Of a DNA stretch of 36,092 bases, positions 7,456-18,079 are shown piece after piece. The notes beneath the pieces are model-generated. The model was not told where the DNA came from. It was given only the letters and a program-made list of their open reading frames with translations, and ran no database searches. Within the stretch, counting starts at the first letter, position 1. Every line of letters starts with the position of its first letter. The translations under genes were made by a program, and so were the position numbers. Origin of the DNA: Tepidisphaerales bacterium (GTDB lineage: Bacteria > Planctomycetota > Phycisphaerae > Tepidisphaerales > Tepidisphaeraceae); assembly GCA_038222915.1 (NCBI GenBank), contig JBBRHH010000001.1:1-36092 (forward strand), written 5' to 3'.

Positions 7456-8933
7456 ACGGCAATCCCCCCGCTCAAAGCCCGCGTCACTTCTTCCACATCA
7501 TCAAAATGATGTTTTTCCACCCCCACAATCTGATAGTTCTCATGCCCTTTACCCGCCAGCAGCACCACATCGCCCGCCCCCGCATCGCCCACAATCCGCC
7601 GGATCGCCGCCCCCCGATCGATCTCCACCACCAGCCGATTCCCCGGCTCCTTCCGCAACCCCGCCGGCAGCCCGGCCACAATCTGCTCGATAATCGCCTC
7701 CGGCCGCTCCGTCCGCGGATTGTCGCTCGTCACATAAATCGCATCCGCAAATTTCGCCACCACCTGCGCCATCCGCGGCCGTTTCGTCGCATCCCGGTCC
7801 CCGCCACAACCAAAAAGCACCCGCAATTTCCCCTTGTTCAACGGCCTAAGCGCCGACAACACATTCTCAAGCGCATCATCCGTATGTGCATAATCCACCA
7901 GCACAGTAAACGGCTGCCCGCACCGCACCGGCTGCAACCGCCCAGGCGCGCCGCCCGCATCACGCAGACCCGCCGCGATCTGATGCACGTTCAATCCAAA
8001 AACCTCGCCCACCAGCGTCGCCGCCGTCAGCGCATTGGCGATGTTGTGACGTCCCACCAGCGCCATCTTCACCTCCGCCTCCCTGTCCGGGGTGACCAGC
8101 ACAAACTGCGATCCCTCCGCCGAGATGCCAATATCCTTCGCCCGATAGTCCGCGTCCTTCGCAAATCCAAACCCGATGATCCGCCCGCGACACCTTTTCA
8201 CCATTCGATCCGACCACGGATCGTCCACATTCACGGCCGCAACCGCCGACGCATCCAGCCCCTCAAACAGCGCCGACTTGGCGGCCGCATAGTTCTCCAT
8301 CGTCTTGTGATAATCCAGGTGGTCGCCCGTCAGGTTCGTAAACGCCGCTCCCGCAAACCCAACCCCCGCCACGCGCCCCTGGTCCAGCGCATGACTCGAA
8401 ACTTCCATCGCACAAGCGCTGCATCCCGAATCGCGCATGCTCCCCAGCAGATACGCCATCTCCACCGCGCCCGGCGTCGTCATCGTCGCCTCGCGCACGC
8501 ACCGTCCATCGTCAATCTCAACCGTCCCAATCATCCCGCATCGCCGCTTGACGCTCGCCAGCAAATGCCGGATCAGATAAGCGGTTGTCGTCTTGCCGTT
8601 GGTCCCCGTTACCCCCACAACCTGCACCGCCCGCGAAGGCTCGCCAACCAGCAGATTCGCCAGCCGCGACGTCGCCGGTCCAATGTTCCTGACGATCACA
8701 AGCGGCAAAGGCCGAACGACAGCGGAATCCTCGAAAACAATCGCGACCGCCCCGCGCGCTGTTGCATCGAGGATGAACTGCCGCCCATCACTTTTCGCCC
8801 CCGACCGCGCAACAAAAAGATCGCCAGCCTTCACCTGCCGCGAATCATCCGCAATACCCAAAATGTCGACGTTTTTGATCCCCGCAACCGATAACGAAGG
8901 GTCGAACTGCTGCAAAAGATCGTGCAGAAGCAT
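7452..8933 (-). CDS. murE: UDP-N-acetylmuramoyl-L-alanyl-D-glutamate--2,6-diaminopimelate ligase
   Basis: P-loop GVTGTNGKTTT and a MurE-type DNPR motif (TSDNPRTE). ATG 8933 (MLLHDLLQQF) preferred over the ORF maximum at 9035. Confidence 0.93.
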   Translation of the reverse strand: MLLHDLLQQFDPSLSVAGIKNVDILGIADDSRQVKAGDLFVARSGAKSDGRQFILDATARGAVAIVFEDSAVVRPLPLVIVRNIGPATSRLANLLVGEPSRAVQVVGVTGTNGKTTTAYLIRHLLASVKRRCGMIGTVEIDDGRCVREATMTTPGAVEMAYLLGSMRDSGCSACAMEVSSHALDQGRVAGVGFAGAAFTNLTGDHLDYHKTMENYAAAKSALFEGLDASAVAAVNVDDPWSDRMVKRCRGRIIGFGFAKDADYRAKDIGISAEGSQFVLVTPDREAEVKMALVGRHNIANALTAATLVGEVFGLNVHQIAAGLRDAGGAPGRLQPVRCGQPFTVLVDYAHTDDALENVLSALRPLNKGKLRVLFGCGGDRDATKRPRMAQVVAKFADAIYVTSDNPRTERPEAIIEQIVAGLPAGLRKEPGNRLVVEIDRGAAIRRIVGDAGAGDVVLLAGKGHENYQIVGVEKHHFDDVEEVTRALSGGIAV

Positions 8934-9101
8934 GGGACTTCCCTTTCCCAACGGCGGCGCCGAGCGCCGCTTCAGCCACAAAAAAGTACCAACATCAGCC
9001 CGGTACACGCCGGCCACCATGCCGACGCTCCGCAAATCAACCTATCACACGGCCAAACCGGAATCAACAAATTCCACATCTGCCGTTCGCTAAGAATTAT
9101 G

Positions 9102-9131
9102 TTGCAGCACGGCAAGATGATGTGCTACGAT
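9102..9131 (+). promoter_or_regulatory. candidate sigma-70 promoter, TTGCAG-N18-TACGAT
   Basis: Hexamers read by eye about 55 nt upstream of ATG 9186. A second TTGCAGCA copy lies at 9135-9142. Confidence 0.25.
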
Positions 9132-9185
9132 CACTTGCAGCAACAGAAGACTTCGCACCCAAAGTTCCCACCCAATGGAGGCCGC

Positions 9186-9941
9186 ATGCTCCGCAAGCTT
9201 CTCCTGATCTGCATCGTATCCGTGCTTCTTTTGTCCGCAGATCGCTCACGCGGCGACGTCACCCGAGCGGCCCTCGACCGCGTCCTGCCTGAAATCAAAT
9301 TCACCAATGTTGCCCTGAAAGACTGCTTCGACTTCCTCCGAGACATCAGCGGCGCAAACCTGCACATCAACTGGAAAGCCATCGAGTCCGTCGGCATCAC
9401 CGAAGACACCCAGGTCAACGTCCGCCTGCGCGGCGTGACGCTTCGCAAAGTGCTCAACGTCCTGATGTCCAAAAGCGGAGCGACCGGCCAACTCACCTTC
9501 TACTCCGATGAAGGCGTCATCGAAGTCACCACACGCGAGCTCGCCGACAAACAGTTGATCACCAAGGTCTACAACGTCGAAGACCTCATGCTCGAAATCC
9601 CCGACTTCGAATCCTCCACCAACTTCAACCTCCTCGCCCAGCAAAACGGCGCCAACGGCGGCGCAGGTGGTAGTGGCGGCGGCATCCAAAACACCCTCCA
9701 GCCCGGCGGTGGTGGCGGAGCAGGCGCAGGCCTGAATGGCTCCGGCTCAGGTGCGAGCACCGACAAGCAGACCAGCAAGGCCGATCGCGGCAAGAACCTC
9801 GTCGACCTGATCATGGAAACGATCCAGCCAGACGTCTGGCGTCCAAACGGCGGCCCAGCCGCAATCCGTTTCTGGAATGGCTCCCTGATCGTCACCGCCC
9901 CGCGTTCCGTCCACGAACAAATCGGCGGCCCAGTCGATTAA
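9186..9941 (+). CDS. secreted protein with a secretin-N0/STN-like domain, a Gly-rich spacer and a conserved C-terminal module
   Basis: ATG 9186 lies 5 nt after GGAGG. Signal peptide MLRKLLLICIVSVLLLSA. The pattern LPEIKFTNVALKDCFDFLRDISGANLHINWKAIESVGI...VTLRKVLNVL...VIEVTT...ITKVYNVEDL resembles secretin N-terminal/STN domains. Confidence 0.7.
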   Translation: MLRKLLLICIVSVLLLSADRSRGDVTRAALDRVLPEIKFTNVALKDCFDFLRDISGANLHINWKAIESVGITEDTQVNVRLRGVTLRKVLNVLMSKSGATGQLTFYSDEGVIEVTTRELADKQLITKVYNVEDLMLEIPDFESSTNFNLLAQQNGANGGAGGSGGGIQNTLQPGGGGGAGAGLNGSGSGASTDKQTSKADRGKNLVDLIMETIQPDVWRPNGGPAAIRFWNGSLIVTAPRSVHEQIGGPVD

Positions 9942-9953
9942 GAAGCCCGTTGT

Positions 9954-10793
9954 TTAAGTGAACCGTCGTCCGCGCGGTGCAAACCCAAGCACCAGTCCTG
10001 CGGCAACCAGAATCAGTCCGCCACCCATGAGATAGAGTTTCGTCCGAGGATGCCTGCACAAAAACGCCAGCTTCCCCCCCACCGGCTGATATTCCGGCAA
10101 CACGCCCGCCGGCGGCACCGTCACCAATGAAAACGGCGACATCTCCCCCTTCTTGTCTCCCTTAAGCGCCAGCACCGCGGTCCCCTCCCGCACATATCCC
10201 ATCTGCCGCTGCGCCAATCGCTCCGCCAGCGCCGGATCGTCCTGAATCCGCAGCACAAATTCATCGTTCACTTTCACCTGCGTATTGATCTGATCCAGAT
10301 CCAGCCGCAACCGCGCCGCCTCATAGGCGATCTTCCGATTTTCATCCGCCTGCGGAATGAGTACACAGCACGCGACGAGTGCAAGCCCGGCACATAAGAA
10401 AGGAATCGTCCACCCGCTTCCCTTCGACGCCTCAATCGCACAGACCGCCTCAAGCTCCGGTTCCATCGGAGGCACCGGCTCATTGTCGGCCTCGTCCAAA
10501 AGGGCCGACACGTCAGGCTCTTTCCACTCCGGCGCAACCTGGCTTGGCCGAAGCACTGGTTTCGGCTTAACAGGCTCCGCGATCTCTGGTAAAGGCGATT
10601 CTTCCACCGGCGCAGCGGCCGCGGCCTCAATTCGACGCTCGCGCATCGAAGGCGGGTCGGGTGTCAACAAGACGTCCCCTCCCGCATCCACCGACGGCCC
10701 CGCTTCGTCCTCAGGCGCAACCAGCGGCGGAATCATCTCCGTCGGCATCATGATGGCATCGGCCAGCGTATCCCGGCCGTTATCGTTGGTCAT
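9954..10793 (-). CDS. FtsB/DivIC-like septum-formation-initiator domain protein with a long acidic/Pro-rich N-terminal extension and an extra C-terminal TM
   Basis: A TM segment (WTIPFLCAGLALVACCVLIP) is followed by a coiled coil and then IQDDPALAERLAQRQMGYVREGTAVL. Compare E. coli FtsB EIDDL..[22 protein letters not shown]. The gene starts 27 nt downstream of eno, the position ftsB occupies in many Proteobacteria. The CDS itself is solid; the functional call is moderate. Confidence 0.6.
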   Translation of the reverse strand: MTNDNGRDTLADAIMMPTEMIPPLVAPEDEAGPSVDAGGDVLLTPDPPSMRERRIEAAAAAPVEESPLPEIAEPVKPKPVLRPSQVAPEWKEPDVSALLDEADNEPVPPMEPELEAVCAIEASKGSGWTIPFLCAGLALVACCVLIPQADENRKIAYEAARLRLDLDQINTQVKVNDEFVLRIQDDPALAERLAQRQMGYVREGTAVLALKGDKKGEMSPFSLVTVPPAGVLPEYQPVGGKLAFLCRHPRTKLYLMGGGLILVAAGLVLGFAPRGRRFT

Positions 10794-10820
10794 CCATGAC
10801 CCTCTCTCAAGTCTCGAGTT

Positions 10821-12234
<1,414 letters not shown>

Positions 12235-12331
12235 TTTGCGAACAATAAATGTACATAGGCCCGCATACGACAGTGCCCTCGACCTCGCTCCAGAGGTCCG
12301 CCTTGAGGCGTTTCGGCCAGGTGGGATTGAA

Positions 12332-13519
12332 ATGAAACCGTCAAAGCAACTCCGGAAGAATTCGGCCGGTGGGCAGCCTGACTATGACATCGTATTGAAG
12401 GACGTGAGCGGCTTTCTTGAACAAGCCCGCAAAGGGTCCGCGCGGGTCATCAATGCCTTCATGACGGCCGCCTACTGGTGGGTCGGTGAACGAATCGTAA
12501 AGTGGGAACAGGCTGGACGGGCCCAAGCCGTCTACGGCGACGAGTTGGTGAGCAGACTCGCAGATGATCTCAGTACTCGCTTCGGCAGAGGATTCAGTAA
12601 GAGCAATTTGTATCTAATGAGGTCATTTCACTTGGCCTACAGGCAGATTTTCCAGACAGTGTCTGGAAAATCTCGCCAAACGCTCAAGAAAGCTGCGGGT
12701 GCGACGGCAGACGCGGCTAGCCCGCCAAACATCCAAACGATTCCGTCGCAATTGACCACTCTGACGATCCATTTCCCGCTTCCATGGTCCCACTACGTCC
12801 GTCTCCTTTCGGTCAAAGAGCGGGACGCACGAGACTTCTACGAGGCGGAAGCTATTCGTGGCGGTTGGACAGTCCGACAGCTTAATCGGCAGATCGACAG
12901 TCTCTTTTATCAGCGAACGCTCCTTTCGCGAAACAAGAGCGCAATGCTACTTAAGGGTGAGAAGCCGATCTCCACAGACATTGTCTCGGTCGAGGAGCAG
13001 GTAAAAGATCCTTTCGTTCTGGAGTTCCTAGGCCTGGAGGATGAATATTCCGAAAATCAGCTTGAGGAATCGCTCATCCGCCATCTCGAATCGTTTCTGC
13101 TGGAGTTGGGAGGCGACTTCACATTTGTTGGCCGTCAAAAGCGATTGCGCATTGGCCACCAGTGGTTTCGCATCGACCTGCTATTCTTTCACCGCAAGTT
13201 ACGATGTCTTGTCATCATCGACCTCAAAACTGGGGAGTTCACCCACGCTGACGCAGGGCAGATGCATTTGTATTGCAACTATGCCGCGGAGCATTGGTCC
13301 AACACTGATGAAAATCCGCCCGTTGGACTCATCTTGTGTGCGGAAAAAGACAGCGCAGTGGCGCACTACGCACTAGACAATTTGCCGAATAAGATACTCG
13401 CCGCCGAATATCGAACTAAATTGCCGGCTGAAAAGATGCTTATTGCCGAAGTGGTGAATACACGAAGGATGCTCGAGGGCCGCCGCACGATAGCACGGCA
13501 GCGGCACAAAAAGCAGTGA
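12332..13519 (+). CDS. DUF1016 / YhcG-family PD-(D/E)xK nuclease domain protein
   Basis: Family-typical blocks: GFSKSNLYLMRSFHLAY, LPWSHYVRLLSV, FYEAEAIRGGWTVRQLNRQI, VKDPFVLEFLGL, and the nuclease core RIDLLFFHRKLRCLVIIDLKTGEFTHADAGQMHLY. ATG 12332 follows GGTGGGA. Confidence 0.85.
   Translation: MKPSKQLRKNSAGGQPDYDIVLKDVSGFLEQARKGSARVINAFMTAAYWWVGERIVKWEQAGRAQAVYGDELVSRLADDLSTRFGRGFSKSNLYLMRSFHLAYRQIFQTVSGKSRQTLKKAAGATADAASPPNIQTIPSQLTTLTIHFPLPWSHYVRLLSVKERDARDFYEAEAIRGGWTVRQLNRQIDSLFYQRTLLSRNKSAMLLKGEKPISTDIVSVEEQVKDPFVLEFLGLEDEYSENQLEESLIRHLESFLLELGGDFTFVGRQKRLRIGHQWFRIDLLFFHRKLRCLVIIDLKTGEFTHADAGQMHLYCNYAAEHWSNTDENPPVGLILCAEKDSAVAHYALDNLPNKILAAEYRTKLPAEKMLIAEVVNTRRMLEGRRTIARQRHKKQ
12647..12671. 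repeat. perfect 25-bp palindrome ATTTTCCAGACA-G-TGTCTGGAAAAT inside the DUF1016 CDS
   Basis: Read directly. It encodes QIFQTVSGKS. Confidence 0.7.
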
Positions 13520-13526
13520 ATCACGC

Positions 13527-14027
13527 CTACTCCTCAACCTGCCCCCGAATCGTCACCGTCACCCGCAATATCGTCTTTCCGTCCCCCGAACAAAGCACAT
13601 AAATCTTTAACCAGCGCTTCACCAGTGCATTGTGGACCGGCAGATTGTCCACTGTCGCCTCGTACACCACCATCCCCGTTCGCTGCTCCAGCGCCATCGG
13701 CGTAAATTTCAACTTATCCAGCGCCGGAACGGCCGCATACTTCTCCATCTGCGGCTTCGCCCATCGCGACAATGCCCGCACCACATCCGCTGTCACATGT
13801 CCCGCCACCCAGCCGCTCTCCTTCACCCACGCGGCCTGAAATGCCTCCGCCTCCTTCGCAAACGCACCGTCCCCACAAGCCGTCCAGGTATCCGCCTCTG
13901 GAATGGATCCCATCTCCGCCACCAGACACAATGTCGGCCGCGACCCCAACTCCTCCGCTCCTATTTGCACAATTGCAGAAGGCGCAGTCGTCGCGGCGGC
14001 CATCATCACAATCAATGCTGCAATCAT
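13527..14027 (-). CDS. hypothetical secreted protein (166 aa)
   Basis: ATG 14027 is preceded by GAGGA and lies 7 nt after the pyrD stop. Hydrophobic N-terminus MIAALIVMMAAATTAPSA. No family recognised. Confidence 0.6.
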   Translation of the reverse strand: MIAALIVMMAAATTAPSAIVQIGAEELGSRPTLCLVAEMGSIPEADTWTACGDGAFAKEAEAFQAAWVKESGWVAGHVTADVVRALSRWAKPQMEKYAAVPALDKLKFTPMALEQRTGMVVYEATVDNLPVHNALVKRWLKIYVLCSGDGKTILRVTVTIRGQVEE

Positions 14028-14034
14028 GTCTTCC

Positions 14035-14991
14035 TCAAGGATACGGCGCTGTTCGCGGCTCATCCCCCGGCATCTGAAGCGTCCCCACAAGATCCGAAAG
14101 CTTCTCGATCTTCATCTTCTCAAGATACCCCTTCAACCCCTCGCAAATCTTGTTCGGCGTGGCCGGATCCACAAACAACGCCGTCCCAATCGCCACCGCA
14201 CTCGACCCGGCCAAAATAAACTCCACCGCATCCTGCCAGTATTGCACGCCCCCCATCCCAATAATTGGCACCCCCGCCGCCTTCGCCACGGTGCGATACA
14301 CCCGGCTCACCAGATGCAGAGCAATCGGCTTGATCGCCGGCCCCGACAACCCGCCCGTCGTATTTGCCAGCCTTGGCCTTCGCTTGTAAATATCCACCGC
14401 CATCGCCGTAAAAGTATTCACCAGCGAAAGGACATCCGCCCCGCCCTCAATCGTCGCCCGCGCCGTCTGCGTAATGTCCTCCACGTTGGGCGACAGCTTC
14501 ACAATCAGCGGCTTGTGCGGCAACACCTTCTTCACCGCCGCCGTCAGTTCCTTCAACCGCCCCGGATGCGTCCCAAACGTCAGCCCGTCCTTCACATTCG
14601 GACAAGACACATTCAGCTCGACGGCCGCCACACAATCCAGCGAATCCATGGCCGCGCAAGTCTCGGTGTAATCATCAAAACTATGCCCCGCCACATTCAC
14701 AATCACCGGACAAGGCATCGTCTTCAACTGCGGCACCTTCTCCGCCAGAAACCGGTCCAGCCCGACATTCGCAAGCCCAATCGCATTCAGCATCCCCGCC
14801 CGCGTCTCAACGATCCGCGTCGGCTCATTCCCCTTCCGCTCCTCGCGCGTAATCGACTTGGTGACAAAAGCCCCAAGCTGAGAAAGATCCATAAAATCCG
14901 CATATTCAAACGCATACCCACACGTCCCCGAACAGGTCATGGTCGGGTTGGCAAGCGGAATTCCGGCGAGGTTGAGAGAGAGGTCTGGCAT
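14035..14991 (-). CDS. pyrD: dihydroorotate dehydrogenase, class 1 catalytic subunit
   Basis: The N-terminus LSLNLAGIPLANPTMTCSGTCGY, then RAGMLNAIGLANVG, VKLSPNV and the C-terminal GGV...DA.EF..AG pattern are typical of PyrD type 1. Confidence 0.9.
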   Translation of the reverse strand: MPDLSLNLAGIPLANPTMTCSGTCGYAFEYADFMDLSQLGAFVTKSITREERKGNEPTRIVETRAGMLNAIGLANVGLDRFLAEKVPQLKTMPCPVIVNVAGHSFDDYTETCAAMDSLDCVAAVELNVSCPNVKDGLTFGTHPGRLKELTAAVKKVLPHKPLIVKLSPNVEDITQTARATIEGGADVLSLVNTFTAMAVDIYKRRPRLANTTGGLSGPAIKPIALHLVSRVYRTVAKAAGVPIIGMGGVQYWQDAVEFILAGSSAVAIGTALFVDPATPNKICEGLKGYLEKMKIEKLSDLVGTLQMPGDEPRTAPYP

Positions 14992-15047
14992 CTACATCGA
15001 GTTGTACAAGAACCTCACCCGACTTTCATCCAGAGCTTGAGCTCTAG

Positions 15048-15755
15048 CTATCGAGGCCGAACCACAATCTCATCCACCAGCGCCCGCCCGGGCAAATTAA
15101 TCGCCAGCAGCACGCACTCCGCCACATCCTCCCCCTGCAACATATTCACCCGCGCCTCCTGCGGCGGCGGGCTGGGCCGCTTGTCCAGCAAGGGCGTATT
15201 GATATCCCCCGGAAATACCGAGCACGCCCGAATTCCATGTTTCCCCTCCTCCGCATTGATCGACTGCACCAATCCCGCGGCCCCAAACTTCGACGCCACA
15301 TACGCCACCCCCGACAGCGAACTCGCCTGCTTCCCGGCAATCGAATTCACATTCACAATCGTCCCCTCGCGCTGCTGCCGCATCCCCGGCACAAACGCGC
15401 GCGTCAGGTAAAACAAACCGTTCATGTTGATCTCAATGATCTGGAGATAAGTCTCCATCGATACCTTCTCGATGCTCCGCTCCGGCGTATTCGTCCCGGC
15501 CGCATTCACAACCGCGTGCACCGCCCCAAACTTCACCAGCACCATCTTCGCCATCGCCTCCACTTCCCCATTGTTCGCAATATCGCACGGACACTTCAGC
15601 ATCCGCCCCCCGGCCTCCCCCGCCAGCTTAATCGTCTCATCCAGCGTCGCCGCCCGCCGAGCCACCAGCGCCACATTCCACCCCGCCGCCGCCATCTTCA
15701 ACGCCGTCGCCCGACCCACGCCGCTTCCCGCTCCAGTCACTACCGCTGTTTTCAT
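15048..15755 (-). CDS. short-chain dehydrogenase/reductase (SDR) family oxidoreductase
   Basis: Cofactor motif TGAGSGVGRA, NAAG, and the catalytic YVASKFG (YxxxK). AAGGTG lies upstream of ATG 15755. Confidence 0.9.
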   Translation of the reverse strand: MKTAVVTGAGSGVGRATALKMAAAGWNVALVARRAATLDETIKLAGEAGGRMLKCPCDIANNGEVEAMAKMVLVKFGAVHAVVNAAGTNTPERSIEKVSMETYLQIIEINMNGLFYLTRAFVPGMRQQREGTIVNVNSIAGKQASSLSGVAYVASKFGAAGLVQSINAEEGKHGIRACSVFPGDINTPLLDKRPSPPPQEARVNMLQGEDVAECVLLAINLPGRALVDEIVVRPR

Positions 15756-15823
15756 AGTTCACCTTTACACGATCTTCACAATGAATATTTCAGGATCGAC
15801 AAGCCCATCTTACACTCTCCCGC

Positions 15824-16327
15824 ATGCAGTTGTTGATCATCCGCCACGGCCGCGCCGAAGACCACGCCGATTTCGCCAAACTCTGTTCCGACGACGCCTT
15901 GCGCCCACTGACCTCCGACGGCAGAAAGGACATGAAGAAAGCCGCCAAAGGTCTGCGCAGACTCTGCCCGAAAATCGACGTCCTCGCCTCCAGCCCGTTC
16001 ACCCGCGCCATCGAAACCGCCGAGGTCGTCGCCGAAATCTTCGGCGATCTCAAGATCATCCAGCGTCCCGAGCTCGTCCCCAACAAACGCCGCGACCTCC
16101 TCCTCCGCTGGCTCCAATCCCAGAAATCCAAGGCCACCGTCGCCATCGTCGGCCACGAACCCCATCTCAGTGCCGCCGCCAGTTGGCTCATGACCGGCCT
16201 CGGCGACGCCGTCATCGAACTTAAAAAGGGCGCAGCTTGTCTCCTCGAATTCGACGGCGAAATCGCCGCCGGCCGCGCACGCATGAAATGGCTCATGCCT
16301 CCACGCGTACTGAAACATCAGCGATAA
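15824..16327 (+). CDS. sixA: histidine phosphatase family protein, SixA-like phosphohistidine phosphatase
   Basis: RHG motif at the N-terminus (LLIIRHGRAE), a second His motif VGHEPHLS, and a size of about 165 aa. Confidence 0.75.
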   Translation: MQLLIIRHGRAEDHADFAKLCSDDALRPLTSDGRKDMKKAAKGLRRLCPKIDVLASSPFTRAIETAEVVAEIFGDLKIIQRPELVPNKRRDLLLRWLQSQKSKATVAIVGHEPHLSAAASWLMTGLGDAVIELKKGAACLLEFDGEIAAGRARMKWLMPPRVLKHQR

Positions 16328-16403
16328 GACGAAAGACTTTTTCACGGCCATCGGTTCCCCTATCATCGCCGCTTAATATCAAGATCTCGCACGGAGAAAC
16401 CGC

Positions 16404-18071
16404 ATGAGCGTCTACACCATCCCCGCCATCACCAAAGCGCCCAGGGCCGGCAAGAAACAAGTCCTGCTCGTCGCCAACGGCGATCTCCGCCAAAGCGCAA
16501 ACGAAAAGTGCTGGCCCGAACAGGCGAAGATGGAAGAAACACTTCGCCTGGCACTGCTGGCCGAGGGTTACGAGCTCGTCCGTGCCCATCCCTACAAGGA
16601 AGACCAGCGCCACGGCTTCATCAGCTCACAAAAAGAAGGCATGGAAGTCTTCCATGGCGTCGATCCCAAGGCACCGCTCATCGTCGCCGAATCCGTCTGG
16701 CAATATTCCCACCACATCCTCCACGGCCTAATCTCCCACCGTGGCCCCATCCTCACCGTCGCCAACTGGTCCGGCACCTGGCCCGGCCTCGTCGGAATGC
16801 TCAACCTCAACGGCTCCCTCACCAAGGCCGGCGTCAAATACTCCACCATCTGGAGCGAAGATTTCACCGACCCGCTCTTCATCAACTATCTACAAACCTG
16901 GCTGAAAAAAGGCCACGCCAAGCACAAAGCCACCCACGTCACCAAATGGAAGGACGTCAAAGTCCCGTCCAAGGAGCGCAAGCTCGGCGAATCACTCGCC
17001 AGCCAATTGCAGCACGAGAAAGCCATCATGGGCGTTTTCGACGAAGGTTGCATGGGCATGTTCAACGCCATAATCCCCGACGAGCTTCTCCATCCCACCG
17101 GCGTCTACAAAGAACGCCTCAGCCAATCCGCCCTCTACTACGAAACGACGCAGGTCACCGATCAGGAGGCCATCGACGCCCGCCGCTGGATGCAGGACCG
17201 CGGCATGCAGTTCAACATCGGCGAAAACGAAGAGACCGATCTGACCAACCATCAGGTCCAGCAGCAGTGCAAGCTCTACGTCGCCGCCGTCCGTCTCGCC
17301 GAAGATTTCGGGTGCGACACCATCGGCATCCAATATCAGCAGGGCCTCAAGGATCTTCTTCCCGCTTCCGACCTCGTCGAAGGCACGCTCAACAACGCCG
17401 ACCGCCCCCCGGTGAAAGCGCGCCACAGCGACACAATCATCCGCGACGGCCAGCCGATCCCACACTTCAACGAAGTCGACGAATGCGCCGGCCTCGACGG
17501 CCTCATGACCTACCGCGTCCACAATGCAATGTCCCAACCCGTCGAAAACACCCTCCACGACCTCCGCTGGGGCGACATCGACAGAAGCGGCACCACCAGC
17601 GAATACGTCTGGGTCTTCCTCATCTCCGGCAGCGCCCCGCCCGCCCACTTCGCCGACGGCTGGGCCAGCGCCTCCAGCGAGCGCCAGCCCTTCATGTACT
17701 TCCGCCTCGGCGGCGGCACCTTAAAAGGCATCTCCAAACCCGGCGAAATCGTCTGGTCACGCATCTACATGGAAAACGGAAAGATGAACATGGACCTCGG
17801 CCGCGCCGGCGTCATCGAACTCCCCCCAGAAGAAACCCAGCGCCGCTGGGACGCCACAACCCCCCAGTGGCCAATCATGCACGCCGTCACCTACGGCGTC
17901 AGCCGCGATCAAATGATGGGCCGCCACAAAGCCAACCACATCCAGGTCGCCTACGCCAACAGTCCCGAAGAAGCCGACAAAGCCTTGTTGGTAAAAGCAG
18001 CCATGGCTGACACCCTCGGAATGCAGGTCGCCATCTGCGGCACAAAACGAGACGGAAAAACCTGGACCTGA
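16404..18071 (+). CDS. L-fucose isomerase family protein
   Basis: The C-terminal half parallels E. coli FucI: LISGSAP / [15 protein letters not shown] / YFRGGGYS, WSRIY...ELPPEE....[17 protein letters not shown] / WGANHGVLTIGH. GGAG lies 7 nt before ATG 16404. Confidence 0.75.
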   Translation: MSVYTIPAITKAPRAGKKQVLLVANGDLRQSANEKCWPEQAKMEETLRLALLAEGYELVRAHPYKEDQRHGFISSQKEGMEVFHGVDPKAPLIVAESVWQYSHHILHGLISHRGPILTVANWSGTWPGLVGMLNLNGSLTKAGVKYSTIWSEDFTDPLFINYLQTWLKKGHAKHKATHVTKWKDVKVPSKERKLGESLASQLQHEKAIMGVFDEGCMGMFNAIIPDELLHPTGVYKERLSQSALYYETTQVTDQEAIDARRWMQDRGMQFNIGENEETDLTNHQVQQQCKLYVAAVRLAEDFGCDTIGIQYQQGLKDLLPASDLVEGTLNNADRPPVKARHSDTIIRDGQPIPHFNEVDECAGLDGLMTYRVHNAMSQPVENTLHDLRWGDIDRSGTTSEYVWVFLISGSAPPAHFADGWASASSERQPFMYFRLGGGTLKGISKPGEIVWSRIYMENGKMNMDLGRAGVIELPPEETQRRWDATTPQWPIMHAVTYGVSRDQMMGRHKANHIQVAYANSPEEADKALLVKAAMADTLGMQVAICGTKRDGKTWT

Positions 18072-18079
18072 AGGACGGA

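Noticed and set aside
4444-7509. Very long ORFs in the track: 4444..7509 (1021 aa), 7380..8894, 13903..15411, 16508..18010, 2382..3359, 1104..1694, 25693..26784 and others.
   Set aside because: Their translations are Pro/Arg/His/Gln- or Gly/Ala-rich low-complexity strings. They run antisense or out of frame to genes with unmistakable motifs (mraY, murF, murE, pyrD, the fucose-isomerase-like gene, the UDPGP gene, the anti-sigma gene). These are the shadow ORFs typical of high-GC, stop-poor DNA.
9600-9615. tRNA-like TPsiC fragment (CTTCGAATCC). I also scanned generally for tRNA, rRNA, CRISPR repeats and IS terminal repeats.
   Set aside because: The fragment lies inside a well-supported CDS, lacks the GGTTCGAATCC context, and has no acceptor or anticodon arms. 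I saw no periodic direct repeats with spacers and no transposase-like ORFs anywhere in the window.
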